From positions 101,221 through 165,220 of the forward strand of contig JBAZYP010000003.1 in assembly GCA_041659265.1 (NCBI GenBank): a stretch of 64,000 nt of DNA, in the 5' to 3' direction. The notes beneath the pieces were generated by a model. The model was not told the DNA's origin and ran no database searches. It saw nothing but the letters and a program-made list of their open reading frames with translations. Origin of the DNA: Candidatus Pacearchaeota archaeon (GTDB taxonomy: Archaea; Nanobdellota; Nanobdellia; Pacearchaeales; GW2011-AR1). A program made the translations under genes and the position numbers. Each line of letters starts with the position of its first letter. Within the stretch, counting starts at the first letter, position 1. Positions 19,838 to 28,547 of this stretch are shown here, in pieces.

Positions 19838-20094
19838 TCTCTTTCCTCCAAAACTTCAATTGTTAGTTTAGTTAAAGTCCCAGGTTTTAATTGCAATTCA
19901 AGAATTTTTGGTATAACTATAATTGCTTGTTTTCCATGTTTAGCTACTCGTTTAGTTATTGTAAATTCTTTGTTTTGATTATTTGAATTTACTAGACTAG
20001 AAAAATTTTTATTGGATTTTTCTTGGATAGTAAATTCTTTGTTGTTTTTTTTAGAATTTTCAAGATTTGAAGTTTGAGAGATAGATTCTTCCAT
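19834..20094 (-). CDS. Small protein, possible AbrB/SpoVT-like swapped-hairpin DNA-binding fold
   Basis: KHGKQAIIVIPKILELQLKPGTLTKLTIEV resembles the AbrB/MazE beta-hairpin region. Weak. Confidence 0.25.
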   Translation of the reverse strand: MEESISQTSNLENSKKNNKEFTIQEKSNKNFSSLVNSNNQNKEFTITKRVAKHGKQAIIVIPKILELQLKPGTLTKLTIEVLEERE

Positions 20095-20096
20095 TT

Positions 20097-20411
20097 TTAT
20101 CTCCTAAATCTTGAGTATAAGATTATTATAGAAATATCAATAAAAAAAATACTAATTAGTGCAATAATTGGATAATAAATGGTTTTTATCATACTTACTC
20201 CATTTCCAATACTAAAATTATAAACAATAAAAAATCCTAGAATCATTAACCCAATTAAAGAAAATGCAACTAGTGCTGGAAAAGTTCTAGCGAGAGTATT
20301 ATAAAACGAATATTTATCTTGTTTTTTCCTACTATAATTTAATTCTACAACTATATCTCCTTGTTTCTTGTAACTTTTAATTAATTGTTGATTCATTTTG
20401 CTTCCTTCCAT
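20097..20411 (-). CDS. Small membrane protein (2 TM helices)
   Basis: Hydrophobic segments. Confidence 0.35.
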   Translation of the reverse strand: MEGSKMNQQLIKSYKKQGDIVVELNYSRKKQDKYSFYNTLARTFPALVAFSLIGLMILGFFIVYNFSIGNGVSMIKTIYYPIIALISIFFIDISIIILYSRFRR

Positions 20412-20752
20412 TCCTTTGCTCTTAATTCATCAAGAACAATTCTTACTAGTTCTCTATCATCAGATCTTAAATCAGAGGGTTCAACTTTTTCAAGTTCAAC
20501 TTTTCCATCAATTGATTTTTCTCTAACAAAAACTTTTGGACAGATTAATCCCCCAGGAATTTTTATTGAACTTTCTTTTGAATATGATCCTTCATTAGAT
20601 TTTTGATAAAATGAAATTCCTAGATTTTGATATTTACTAGCAACTTCTGAAAAATCTTCTTGAGTTTCATCTATTCTTCCTGAATAGAACCTAATGTCAT
20701 ATTGTTTTCCATTAGGTACAACTTTAACTTCTTTTAAATTTGGATTTAACAT
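20393..20752 (-). CDS. Hypothetical protein, 119 aa
   Basis: ORF track. Overlaps both neighbours. Confidence 0.35.
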   Translation of the reverse strand: MLNPNLKEVKVVPNGKQYDIRFYSGRIDETQEDFSEVASKYQNLGISFYQKSNEGSYSKESSIKIPGGLICPKVFVREKSIDGKVELEKVEPSDLRSDDRELVRIVLDELRAKEWKEAK

Positions 20753-21300
20753 TTTTCTGTACCTCCTTCTATATGTATAACAGTGTCATCAGGTCTAATA
20801 TCTCCAATATAAGCCCCATCATGAGTATAATATAATGTCTTTTCATCAAATCTTTCAAAACCATTATTTTCTAATAATTCAACTAAAGGATCAAGTCTAG
20901 ATTCCATTCCAGGTATGCATTTTATTTTTTGAACTATTCCTACTTTGCTAACTCTTGCAAAATTTGTTAATCTATCAACTAAAACTTTTTCAAAACCTTT
21001 TCCTCTAAATTCAGGTTCAATATAAAAATCGGAGATTATATACCATTTATGTTCCATATCAAGATTATCATCACTTCCTAATTTTATTTCTCTGAGTTCA
21101 GAATTACCAACCATTCTATTTCCTTTTTGAAGATAACCGCAATACTTTCTTTTACTTTTTACAATATTATTATATTCATCAATTTCAAATTTTGGAAACT
21201 CTCCAGTATATTCTAAATCTGGTACTATATTCTTTTCTTTTACTTCTTCTTTTCTTACTAATTTATATTGTTGAACTTCCATTTTGTATGTTTTATACAT
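20746..21300 (-). CDS. GNAT-family N-acetyltransferase. First gene of the operon.
   Basis: GNAT motif A, RGKGFEKVLVDRL. Confidence 0.5.
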   Translation of the reverse strand: MYKTYKMEVQQYKLVRKEEVKEKNIVPDLEYTGEFPKFEIDEYNNIVKSKRKYCGYLQKGNRMVGNSELREIKLGSDDNLDMEHKWYIISDFYIEPEFRGKGFEKVLVDRLTNFARVSKVGIVQKIKCIPGMESRLDPLVELLENNGFERFDEKTLYYTHDGAYIGDIRPDDTVIHIEGGTEKC

Positions 21301-21506
21301 ATAATATGTATATACTATACAGTAACAACATATATTTAAAGCTTTCGATTTTGTTACCCTTATAAAGTGATACTAATAAAACCTTTATAAATTGGTTTAA
21401 ATTAAGAAAAAAGGCATTTTTAAGCCTTATTAAGGCAATTTATTAGATAATTATATAATATTTATATTTACAAGAATTATTTATTATCCTTCTTCATAAA
21501 CTAATT

Positions 21507-21992
21507 ATGGAGAACTCAAGTTATGATTTTTTAAAAAATGGATATAGAAATCCCAATGATCCTGTATATTTCGATATTCTAACTCCCATCAATAAGGGTT
21601 TAACTATTGAACAAAGTGAGGAAATATTCAAGAATTTTGCTTTAGATAATTCTTTTGAACTTATCGTCCCACAAAAAAGATTTTGGAAAAATAATGGTTT
21701 GGATACAAAAGAATTTGATTCAATTCAGGAGATTCATAAAAATGGCAATCTAATTTATGAGATAAATTCTATAAGAAAGATAGAGGAATTAATTAAATAT
21801 GATCTTGAAGAGAGTTTTGGAATTAATATCTATAAGTTAGAAGAAGATAAAAGAAAAAAAGTATTTACAAGTTTTATATGCTTATATTCAACATTGATAA
21901 ATCCAGATAGCGAATATTATGGGTCTGGTATTAGTTTAGCTGATAAAAATGATGAACTAGGAGAATTTCTTTATAGAAATATTATAAGATAA
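21507..21992 (+). CDS. Hypothetical protein, 161 aa
   Basis: ORF track. Its stop overlaps the start of the next gene. Confidence 0.4.
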   Translation: MENSSYDFLKNGYRNPNDPVYFDILTPINKGLTIEQSEEIFKNFALDNSFELIVPQKRFWKNNGLDTKEFDSIQEIHKNGNLIYEINSIRKIEELIKYDLEESFGINIYKLEEDKRKKVFTSFICLYSTLINPDSEYYGSGISLADKNDELGEFLYRNIIR

Positions 21993-22465
21993 TGTATAAT
22001 CTCCCTCATTTTAATAAATCTAAATTAATTAGTTTTCTTGATAATGTAAATTCAAATAAAGAAATAATAAAAGATCTTAATTGTTTGGAGTTCTCATGTG
22101 CATTTATTTATCATTGTTGTAATGAACCAATTCTTGATTCTTATGAAAAAGTTAAACAATCAAATAAGGTTTTAGACAAGATGTATAATTATTTTATTAG
22201 TCAATTAATGTATGAAGATGAAATCACTTTTGAAAAAATCAAATCATTAGCTAATCTTACCTTAATTCAACAAGCAAAGCATAAAAGGGCAATTCCCATG
22301 CATGCAACTACTTTAATTATAGACGAAAATAAGGATAAATATATTATTGAAAAAGATGGAGATTCCTTAGTTTCTTTAATTGCTTTAGAAGATTGGAATA
22401 CATATAAGGAAGATTTTCCAGTTTATTCTGCATATGGTTCAAGAGTTTATGAGATGTTTTTTTAA
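21992..22465 (+). CDS. Hypothetical protein, 157 aa
   Basis: ORF track. Confidence 0.4.
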   Translation: MYNLPHFNKSKLISFLDNVNSNKEIIKDLNCLEFSCAFIYHCCNEPILDSYEKVKQSNKVLDKMYNYFISQLMYEDEITFEKIKSLANLTLIQQAKHKRAIPMHATTLIIDENKDKYIIEKDGDSLVSLIALEDWNTYKEDFPVYSAYGSRVYEMFF

Positions 22466-22483
22466 TATTATTTAATAAAGTTT

Positions 22484-22507
22484 ATAAGTAAGAAAATTCT
22501 TACTTAT
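22484..22507. promoter_or_regulatory. Perfect 11-bp inverted repeat (ATAAGTAAGAA-aa-TTCTTACTTAT) 13 nt upstream of the mazE-like start. Candidate operator.
   Basis: Read directly. Confidence 0.45.
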
Positions 22508-22519
22508 TATATTAATAAT

Positions 22520-22753
22520 ATGGAAACAAAAATAATTAGGGTTACTGATAAAGGTCAAATATCTATTCCAGTTGAGATAAGAAATGCTATGGGAATCTTA
22601 GCTGGTGATGAACTTATTGCTGTTAGGGAAGGAGAATCAATATTTTTAAGAAAAATTAAAAAAGACGATTTTAAAGATCTACTAAAACATTCAGAAGCGG
22701 TTGCAAATAAACTTTGGAATAATAAAGAAGATGATATCTGGGATAAAGTTTAA
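22520..22753 (+). CDS. mazE: AbrB/MazE/SpoVT-family antitoxin
   Basis: IIRVTDKGQISIPVEIRNAMGILAGDELIAVREGESIFL is the swapped-hairpin signature. Confidence 0.65.
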   Translation: METKIIRVTDKGQISIPVEIRNAMGILAGDELIAVREGESIFLRKIKKDDFKDLLKHSEAVANKLWNNKEDDIWDKV

Positions 22754-23078
22754 TCAAGGAGATATTTTATTAGTACCCTTTCCATTTTCTAATTTAAAAG
22801 GTATAAAAAAAAGACCTGTATTAGTTATATCTAAAATAAATTATCAAAAACAATGTGATGATATTGTTACTTGTGGCATTACTGCTAATCTTAAAGATTC
22901 AAGATATTCAATATTAATTGATAATTCTAATTTAATTGAAGGAAACATTCCTGTGAAAAGTAGAATTAAAGTGGATAAGATATTTACCTTAGATAAGAAT
23001 ATTGTTATTAAAAAGATTGGAAGAATTAATGAAGTTACTTTTAATCTGGTTAAAACTGAATTTTTTAATCTTATATAA
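22731..23078 (+). CDS. mazF: MazF/PemK-family toxin (endoribonuclease)
   Basis: GDILLVPFPFSNLKGIKKRPVLVIS. The start is probably the ATG at 22731, which overlaps the antitoxin end; the ORF-track start at 22701 is a TTG. Confidence 0.7.
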   Translation: MISGIKFNQGDILLVPFPFSNLKGIKKRPVLVISKINYQKQCDDIVTCGITANLKDSRYSILIDNSNLIEGNIPVKSRIKVDKIFTLDKNIVIKKIGRINEVTFNLVKTEFFNLI

Positions 23079-23211
23079 TTATTATTAAATTAGTTCTAAC
23101 AACATTCTTCATTTTCAGCCCTAATATTAATATTAAACTTCCATATTTTTTTTCTTTAATAATTAGTGACATTAGAAAACCTTTAAATAGAATGTTTTTT
23201 TAATTTAAATT

Positions 23212-25017
23212 ATGGAAAAGAAATCTCATGATAAAAAACCCGAAGAAACTTTAGATTCTAAAAATTATCAAAATTCTGAGATTAAAGGTCAACCTACTAA
23301 TCAACTTACTCCAGAACAAACAAAAGAAATGGAAAAAGTTAGGGAAAAGTTAGATGAATTGAAAAAATTGATTATTGATAAATACGGAAAATCTGTTGAA
23401 GCAATAGGTATTATTCCTCCTCAAGCTGCTGATGCATTTGATGATGAAAACGAACTTAATGAAGAAGAGCGAAAGAAAAAACCTATGCACTTAGTTGTTG
23501 TTATGGACGATGATAAAGAAAAAGAATATAATGAGATTAGGTCTCATATTGTTAAACAAATAGCAGAATCAAAACAAAATATCTGGTTAAATTTATTATT
23601 GACAAAGGACTTATGGGATTTATGCCAAGATTCAAAATATGCAATTATTGAAGCAATTGGAATGTCTTATCCCTTGCATGATAAAGGAAAATTAGCAGCC
23701 TTAAGAGTTGCTCAGATCCATAAATCTCTTGTATTAAAAAAATTCGAGAAATATGTTTATTCTTATGTTATTGGCGGAAGTCTTGTTAGAGGAGATGCAA
23801 TAAAAACTAGCGATGTAGATACTTATGTTATAATTGATGATACAGATGTAAAAAGAATGCCAAGATTAGAATTAAAGGAAAAATTAAGAAATATTATCTA
23901 TTCATATATAATGCAGGCAGGTGAACTTGCTGGAGTAAAAAATACTCTTAATGTTCAGGTTTATTTACTTACAGAATTCTGGGAAGGGGTTAAAGATGCT
24001 AATCCTATTTTCTATACTTTCTTAAGAGATGGAGTCCCATTATATGATAGAGGCGGATTCTTGCCATGGAAATTATTATTAAAAATGGGTAAGATTAAAC
24101 CATCTCCAGAATCTATTGATATGTTTATGTCAATGGGAGATAAGACTTCTGAAATTGTAAAAAGAAGATTACTTGATATTGTTATTGGTGATATTTATTG
24201 GGGAGTTATTACTCCAAGTCAGGCTATTCTTATGTTATATGGTCTTCCACCAACAACCGTTAAAGAAACAGTTCCAGAAATGAAAAGAATTTTTGTTGAT
24301 AAGGAAAAACTTTTAGAACAAAAATATGTTGATATTTTAGAAGAAATTTTAATAAAATATTACAAAGGATATGAACACCAGAAAATTAAAGAAGTTTCAG
24401 GTAAAGATGTTGATAGACTTCTTAAGAATGCTGAAGATTATTTGAAAAGATTAAAAGAATTAAGGGAAGATTTAGAAAAACAAATGCAGAAGAAAACTTT
24501 TGAAGAAATATACACAAATGTATTTAAGATAATGGGTTCTATTTACGGTGAAAAATCTGAAAGCGAATTAATAAAAACATTTGAAAAAGAAATGGTTAAT
24601 ACCGGAAAAATCCATCCAAAATTCTTGCATACAGTTAATGAACTTCTTTCAATAAAAAAAGATTACAAAAACAAAAAACTTCCAACTAAATATGCTTTTG
24701 AAACATTAAGAAAAGATTCAGTTTATCTAATTGAAAGTTTGGTTGAATATTCTCAAAGAAAAGAATTAGGTCTTTTGGAAAAAACAAAAATAACTTTGAC
24801 ATTTAAAGATAAACATGCTGAATTATTCTTAACTAAACCCTCATTCTTAGTTCATGATAATAAAGTTAAGAAGATAACTGATAAAATTGAAAATTCTGAC
24901 ATGAATGAATTCAATAAAGTTTTAACTGAACATAAAGGTTCCAAAACCAAATTAGATAATCACATGATGAATCTTCTTAGAGCAGAGTTAGGCGAATTCG
25001 ATATTGTAATGGGTTAA
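23212..25017 (+). CDS. 601-aa nucleotidyltransferase-superfamily protein (Pol-beta-like NTase domain plus long helical C-terminal region)
   Basis: YVIGGSLVRGDAIKTSDVDTYVIID matches the GS...S.DxD NTase motif. The remainder is unassigned. Confidence 0.5.
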   Translation: MEKKSHDKKPEETLDSKNYQNSEIKGQPTNQLTPEQTKEMEKVREKLDELKKLIIDKYGKSVEAIGIIPPQAADAFDDENELNEEERKKKPMHLVVVMDDDKEKEYNEIRSHIVKQIAESKQNIWLNLLLTKDLWDLCQDSKYAIIEAIGMSYPLHDKGKLAALRVAQIHKSLVLKKFEKYVYSYVIGGSLVRGDAIKTSDVDTYVIIDDTDVKRMPRLELKEKLRNIIYSYIMQAGELAGVKNTLNVQVYLLTEFWEGVKDANPIFYTFLRDGVPLYDRGGFLPWKLLLKMGKIKPSPESIDMFMSMGDKTSEIVKRRLLDIVIGDIYWGVITPSQAILMLYGLPPTTVKETVPEMKRIFVDKEKLLEQKYVDILEEILIKYYKGYEHQKIKEVSGKDVDRLLKNAEDYLKRLKELREDLEKQMQKKTFEEIYTNVFKIMGSIYGEKSESELIKTFEKEMVNTGKIHPKFLHTVNELLSIKKDYKNKKLPTKYAFETLRKDSVYLIESLVEYSQRKELGLLEKTKITLTFKDKHAELFLTKPSFLVHDNKVKKITDKIENSDMNEFNKVLTEHKGSKTKLDNHMMNLLRAELGEFDIVMG

Positions 25018-25214
25018 TTAAACTAGTCGATTTTATCGACTAAGATTTCATTTGATGAATCTTCTTAAGATGTAGAGTTAGGCGAATTCTAAATTTTAAT
25101 TAAGTTAAACCTAGTAGATTTTATCGACTAAGATTTCATTTGATGAATCTTCTTAAGAGAGAGTTAGGCGAATTCGATATTGTAATTAAGTTAATTAAAC
25201 TAGTCGAATTTTTC
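24964..25214. repeat. Three tandem copies of about 87 bp, the first of which contains the last 18 codons and the stop of the 601-aa gene. Each copy carries the hairpin TAGTCGAT-ttt-ATCGACTA (degenerate in copies 2 and 3).
   Basis: Read directly: GATGAATCTTCTTA(A)GAGNAGAGTTAGGCGAATTC ... TTAATTAAACTAGTCGATTTTATCGACTAAGATTTCATTT repeated at about 24964, 25050 and 25138. Confidence 0.7.
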
Positions 25215-25278
25215 TTTTAAAATATTCATTATTCTCATCAATCTAAATATTTATAATATATTTAATATCAGCTTTTTC

Positions 25279-25815
25279 ATGAATCCCCGATTTTTTTATG
25301 AATTTTTTAAACATCCTTTAGAACTTGGTGCTATTTTTGAATCAGGTCCAATTCTTATTAAAGCAGTCTGCGATGAGATTCATGGAAAAAGGATTTTAGA
25401 ATTAGGTGCAGGTAGAGGCCCTATAACAAAGGGCATATTGAAAAACCTCCCAGAAGATGGAAAACTTATTTCTCTTGAAATAAATCCCTATTTATATTCC
25501 CATTTAGAAGAAATAAAAGATAACAGATTTACTCCATTATTAGCTGATGCTACTGATCTTGAAGAATTAGCTATTGAAAATCATTTTGATTGCATTATTT
25601 CTGGCTTGCCTTTAAGCAACATGGATTATTCATCGATAGATAAGATTTTAGGATTTTCATCATTAAGAGATCGTTTTATTCAATATAAATATAAATCAAG
25701 CGATCATATCTTAAATCATTATTTTAATTCAGTTAAATCCAAAAATATCTGGTTAAATTTGCCTCCAGCAGTGGTATATACTTGTTCAAATATAGACATG
25801 GATATTTTATCATAA
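25279..25815 (+). CDS. Small class I SAM-dependent methyltransferase-like protein
   Basis: ILELGAGRGPITKGIL (motif I) and LISLEINPYL (motif II). Confidence 0.45.
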   Translation: MNPRFFYEFFKHPLELGAIFESGPILIKAVCDEIHGKRILELGAGRGPITKGILKNLPEDGKLISLEINPYLYSHLEEIKDNRFTPLLADATDLEELAIENHFDCIISGLPLSNMDYSSIDKILGFSSLRDRFIQYKYKSSDHILNHYFNSVKSKNIWLNLPPAVVYTCSNIDMDILS

Positions 25816-25864
25816 TTTGTAACTACTATTTAATAAGAACAATAAAAAGATTTATAAACCCTTT

Positions 25865-26347
25865 TTGTTATGGACTTTTATGATAAAATGTATAACTAGT
25901 AAACCTCTAGATGAAATAGATTATGATGATCTAGTTAGAGAAGCAATTAAATCTGGAAAAAATAAAGCTTCTTTATTCAGTATAGAGGATTATTCAAATA
26001 TTGCTCAAGCTAACTTTAAAAGAGCTTCAGAATACGAGTCTGTTGCTAATGATTTTAATAATAATCCTATAAGAAATACCTTTTTAATCGATAGTTATAC
26101 TGCAGCTGCTATTTATTTTGATAAAGCAGGATATCTTGCTCTTTCTCAAGATATGCCTGAAAAAGCCGAGGAATATTTTTCTTTAGCATCTTTATCTTAT
26201 AAAAGACTTGCTAATCAAGTTAGAGATGATAAATTTTTAAGCAAATCTCTTGATAAAGATATGGTAGATGCAACTAAAAAATCATTAGAATGTTTAATTG
26301 AAAGAGTAAAAAGAGATAAAAGGCCTGAATTATTAAGTCTTGTTTAA
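25865..26347 (+). CDS. Hypothetical protein, 160 aa
   Basis: ORF track. Confidence 0.35.
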   Translation: MLWTFMIKCITSKPLDEIDYDDLVREAIKSGKNKASLFSIEDYSNIAQANFKRASEYESVANDFNNNPIRNTFLIDSYTAAAIYFDKAGYLALSQDMPEKAEEYFSLASLSYKRLANQVRDDKFLSKSLDKDMVDATKKSLECLIERVKRDKRPELLSLV

Positions 26348-26349
26348 AA

Positions 26350-26580
26350 ATGAAAAAAAATTATAGTTTAAGCAATATGGTTTCTGATGCAGTTATTGGT
26401 GCAGCAACAACTTCAGTAATTTATTTTGGAATGGATTATCTATTATCTTCAACTAATTTCCCACTTTATGAACGTAATCCATCAGATCCCTTCATAAGTA
26501 CTATAGCGGGTGCAGGTTTATTCATTTTTCTAAATAGGCAGAATAAAAAACTGGAAAATTCATTTAATCAATCTAGATAG
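26350..26580 (+). CDS. Small membrane protein, 76 aa
   Basis: Two hydrophobic segments. Confidence 0.3.
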   Translation: MKKNYSLSNMVSDAVIGAATTSVIYFGMDYLLSSTNFPLYERNPSDPFISTIAGAGLFIFLNRQNKKLENSFNQSR

Positions 26581-26642
26581 TAAAATTAAATCACTTGTTA
26601 TATATAAAAAGCTTTAAAAACCCAGTATTCTCAATACTAACT

Positions 26643-26653
26643 ATATATAAAAT
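26643..26653 (+). promoter_or_regulatory. TATA box (TATATATAAAA) about 20 nt upstream of the L35Ae start codon; archaeal leaderless-type promoter
   Basis: Read directly. The spacing is consistent with archaeal TATA-to-start distance for leaderless mRNAs. Confidence 0.35.
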
Positions 26654-26668
26654 TATTGATTAATTAAA

Positions 26669-27004
26669 ATGTCACAAAAAGGAACAGTCCAACAATTCAG
26701 ACGTGGAAGAAGAAGAATACATGAAAAACATTTTATCTTAGATGTTCATGCTAAATCTATTGCTGATGCTTCTAAATATGTCGGTAAAACAGTTATTTGG
26801 ACTAGTCCATCTGGTAAAAAAATTCAGGGTAAAATTTCTTCACCTCATGGATCAAAAGGTATGGTTAGAGCAATTTTTGAAAAAGGACTTCCAGGTCAAG
26901 CAAGAAATACAGATATTGAAATAACAGAAACAAGCTCTTCAACAAAAGAAAAAGTAAAAACAGAACCAAAAGTAAAAAAAGTAAAGGTTCAAGAGGATAA
27001 ATAA
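26669..27004 (+). CDS. rpl35ae: Ribosomal protein L35Ae (eL33)
   Basis: GTVQQFRRGRRRIHEKHFILDV ... GKTVIWTSPSGKKIQGKISSPHGSKGMVRAIF is the archaeal/eukaryal L35Ae pattern. Confidence 0.75.
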   Translation: MSQKGTVQQFRRGRRRIHEKHFILDVHAKSIADASKYVGKTVIWTSPSGKKIQGKISSPHGSKGMVRAIFEKGLPGQARNTDIEITETSSSTKEKVKTEPKVKKVKVQEDK

Positions 27005-27005
27005 A

Positions 27006-27572
27006 ATGGCAGTAAAAAGAAGAGCAAAAGCATATTCTAAAAGAAAACCTATTACAAATTGTAGAAAATCAAAAAAGACTCAATTCAGTTATGTTAAGCA
27101 AGTTCCAACCCAAAAAATTGTAAAATTCAATATGGGTGATGTTAATGGTTATAGATTAGGTAAATATACTATAAAAATGGGTATTTATACAGAAGAACCA
27201 ATTCAGATAAGAGATTTATCTTTAGAAGCAGTTAGACAATCTTTAATAAAAGATATGGCTGTAATATTCCAAAAATCTTTCTTCCTAAGATGTAATGTTT
27301 ATCCTCATAATATTTTAAGAAATAATAGAGTTTACTCAGGTGGAAGTAAAGGAGAAAGAATCCAAACAGGAATGTCAAAATCATTCGGAAGTCCTGAAGG
27401 TAGAGCAGCAACATTAAGAAAACATGATGCTATTTTTACAGCATATTTTAATGGCGAAGAAAGTATCCCTAAAGTTAGAGCTTCTTTTTCAAAATGCAAT
27501 TCAAAACTTCCTTGTAAAACAAGAACTGTTACAGAAATTTTGAATAGACCAGCTAATACTCATACTTCTTAA
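27006..27572 (+). CDS. rpl10e: Ribosomal protein L10e (uL16)
   Basis: MAVKRRAKAYSKRKP ... RLGKYTIKMGIYTEEPIQIRDLSLEAVRQ. Confidence 0.8.
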   Translation: MAVKRRAKAYSKRKPITNCRKSKKTQFSYVKQVPTQKIVKFNMGDVNGYRLGKYTIKMGIYTEEPIQIRDLSLEAVRQSLIKDMAVIFQKSFFLRCNVYPHNILRNNRVYSGGSKGERIQTGMSKSFGSPEGRAATLRKHDAIFTAYFNGEESIPKVRASFSKCNSKLPCKTRTVTEILNRPANTHTS

Positions 27573-27617
27573 ATCTGTATATAAATATTTTTAAACAATC
27601 CTTTTTAGCATTTATTC

Positions 27618-27947
27618 ATGAGTTTGCATGATTTATTAATTAAGACAATCATTAATTCACCAGTTGTTCTCGAATCTAATCTAGGAATGCAAGTTAGTAA
27701 AATTACTCATAAAATATCCTTAGGAAAAAATGGAGATATTGATATTAAAGTTGATGGAATTAATTCATTAACTCATGAACCATGTTTAGCTATAGTTGAA
27801 GTCAAAACTCATGATGGATTAATTCCTCATTATCTAAGAAAACAACTTCCAAAATATCAAGAAAGATACCCTGACGCTATGCAGTATGTAGCTTATTCAT
27901 TATCAGGAAAATCAACACAAGATATTGCTTTTAAAAGAATTCGATAA
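27618..27947 (+). CDS. Hypothetical 109-aa protein with a possible minimal PD-(D/E)xK-like motif
   Basis: GDIDIKVDG ... LAIVEVKT. Weak. Confidence 0.3.
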   Translation: MSLHDLLIKTIINSPVVLESNLGMQVSKITHKISLGKNGDIDIKVDGINSLTHEPCLAIVEVKTHDGLIPHYLRKQLPKYQERYPDAMQYVAYSLSGKSTQDIAFKRIR

Positions 27948-27948
27948 A

Positions 27949-28389
27949 TTATTTTTCTAAAGAAATTTTTCCATCAGAAATAAGATATTCTGATAACATT
28001 ATCGGATATTTTTTATAGAATCTATTAATAAACTCATTTGATGTTCTAGCTCCATCATTTATTCGTTCTTCAAGAGTGCTTTTAATATCTGGATCAATCA
28101 TATCATTTGAGACTCCGAGTTCATATAATACTTTAGCCCTTTCAATCAATTTCATTGATTCTATTAAATTTTTTAAGAATTCTGTTTGATCATTTATATA
28201 ACTAGTAGCTTCGCTTGTAGTTATAGGGGCCCTATTATCAGGTTCTTTTCTTTTATTTAACTCAGATTTCATATCATGCCAATCTGAATATAATATCATT
28301 TTTTGCAAAACAAGATTATATTTATTAAATTCAGAGATAATTTTTTTACTTAATTCTAGAGCAGTAATCACTCCATTATATTCTTGCAT
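27949..28389 (-). CDS. Hypothetical protein, 146 aa
   Basis: ORF track. Confidence 0.35.
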   Translation of the reverse strand: MQEYNGVITALELSKKIISEFNKYNLVLQKMILYSDWHDMKSELNKRKEPDNRAPITTSEATSYINDQTEFLKNLIESMKLIERAKVLYELGVSNDMIDPDIKSTLEERINDGARTSNEFINRFYKKYPIMLSEYLISDGKISLEK

Positions 28390-28547
28390 TTTTTTTAATA
28401 TTCAAGGTCATTTAAAATATTAGCTATCTATCAAAATAGTATTTTCAAATATATAATAAAATATATGAAAAATAATTATTAAATTTTTAGAAAAATACAC
28501 TTTTCTTTTTTCATAACCTTTAAATACTTATTTTGTATTAATATTTT

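Noticed and set aside
24964-25214. Considered whether the repeat clusters at about 25.0 kb, 29.1 kb and 50.1 kb are CRISPR arrays
   Set aside because: They have only 2-3 copies, the units are 53-87 bp and overlap CDS ends, there are no conserved short repeats separated by unique spacers of uniform length, and there are no cas genes.
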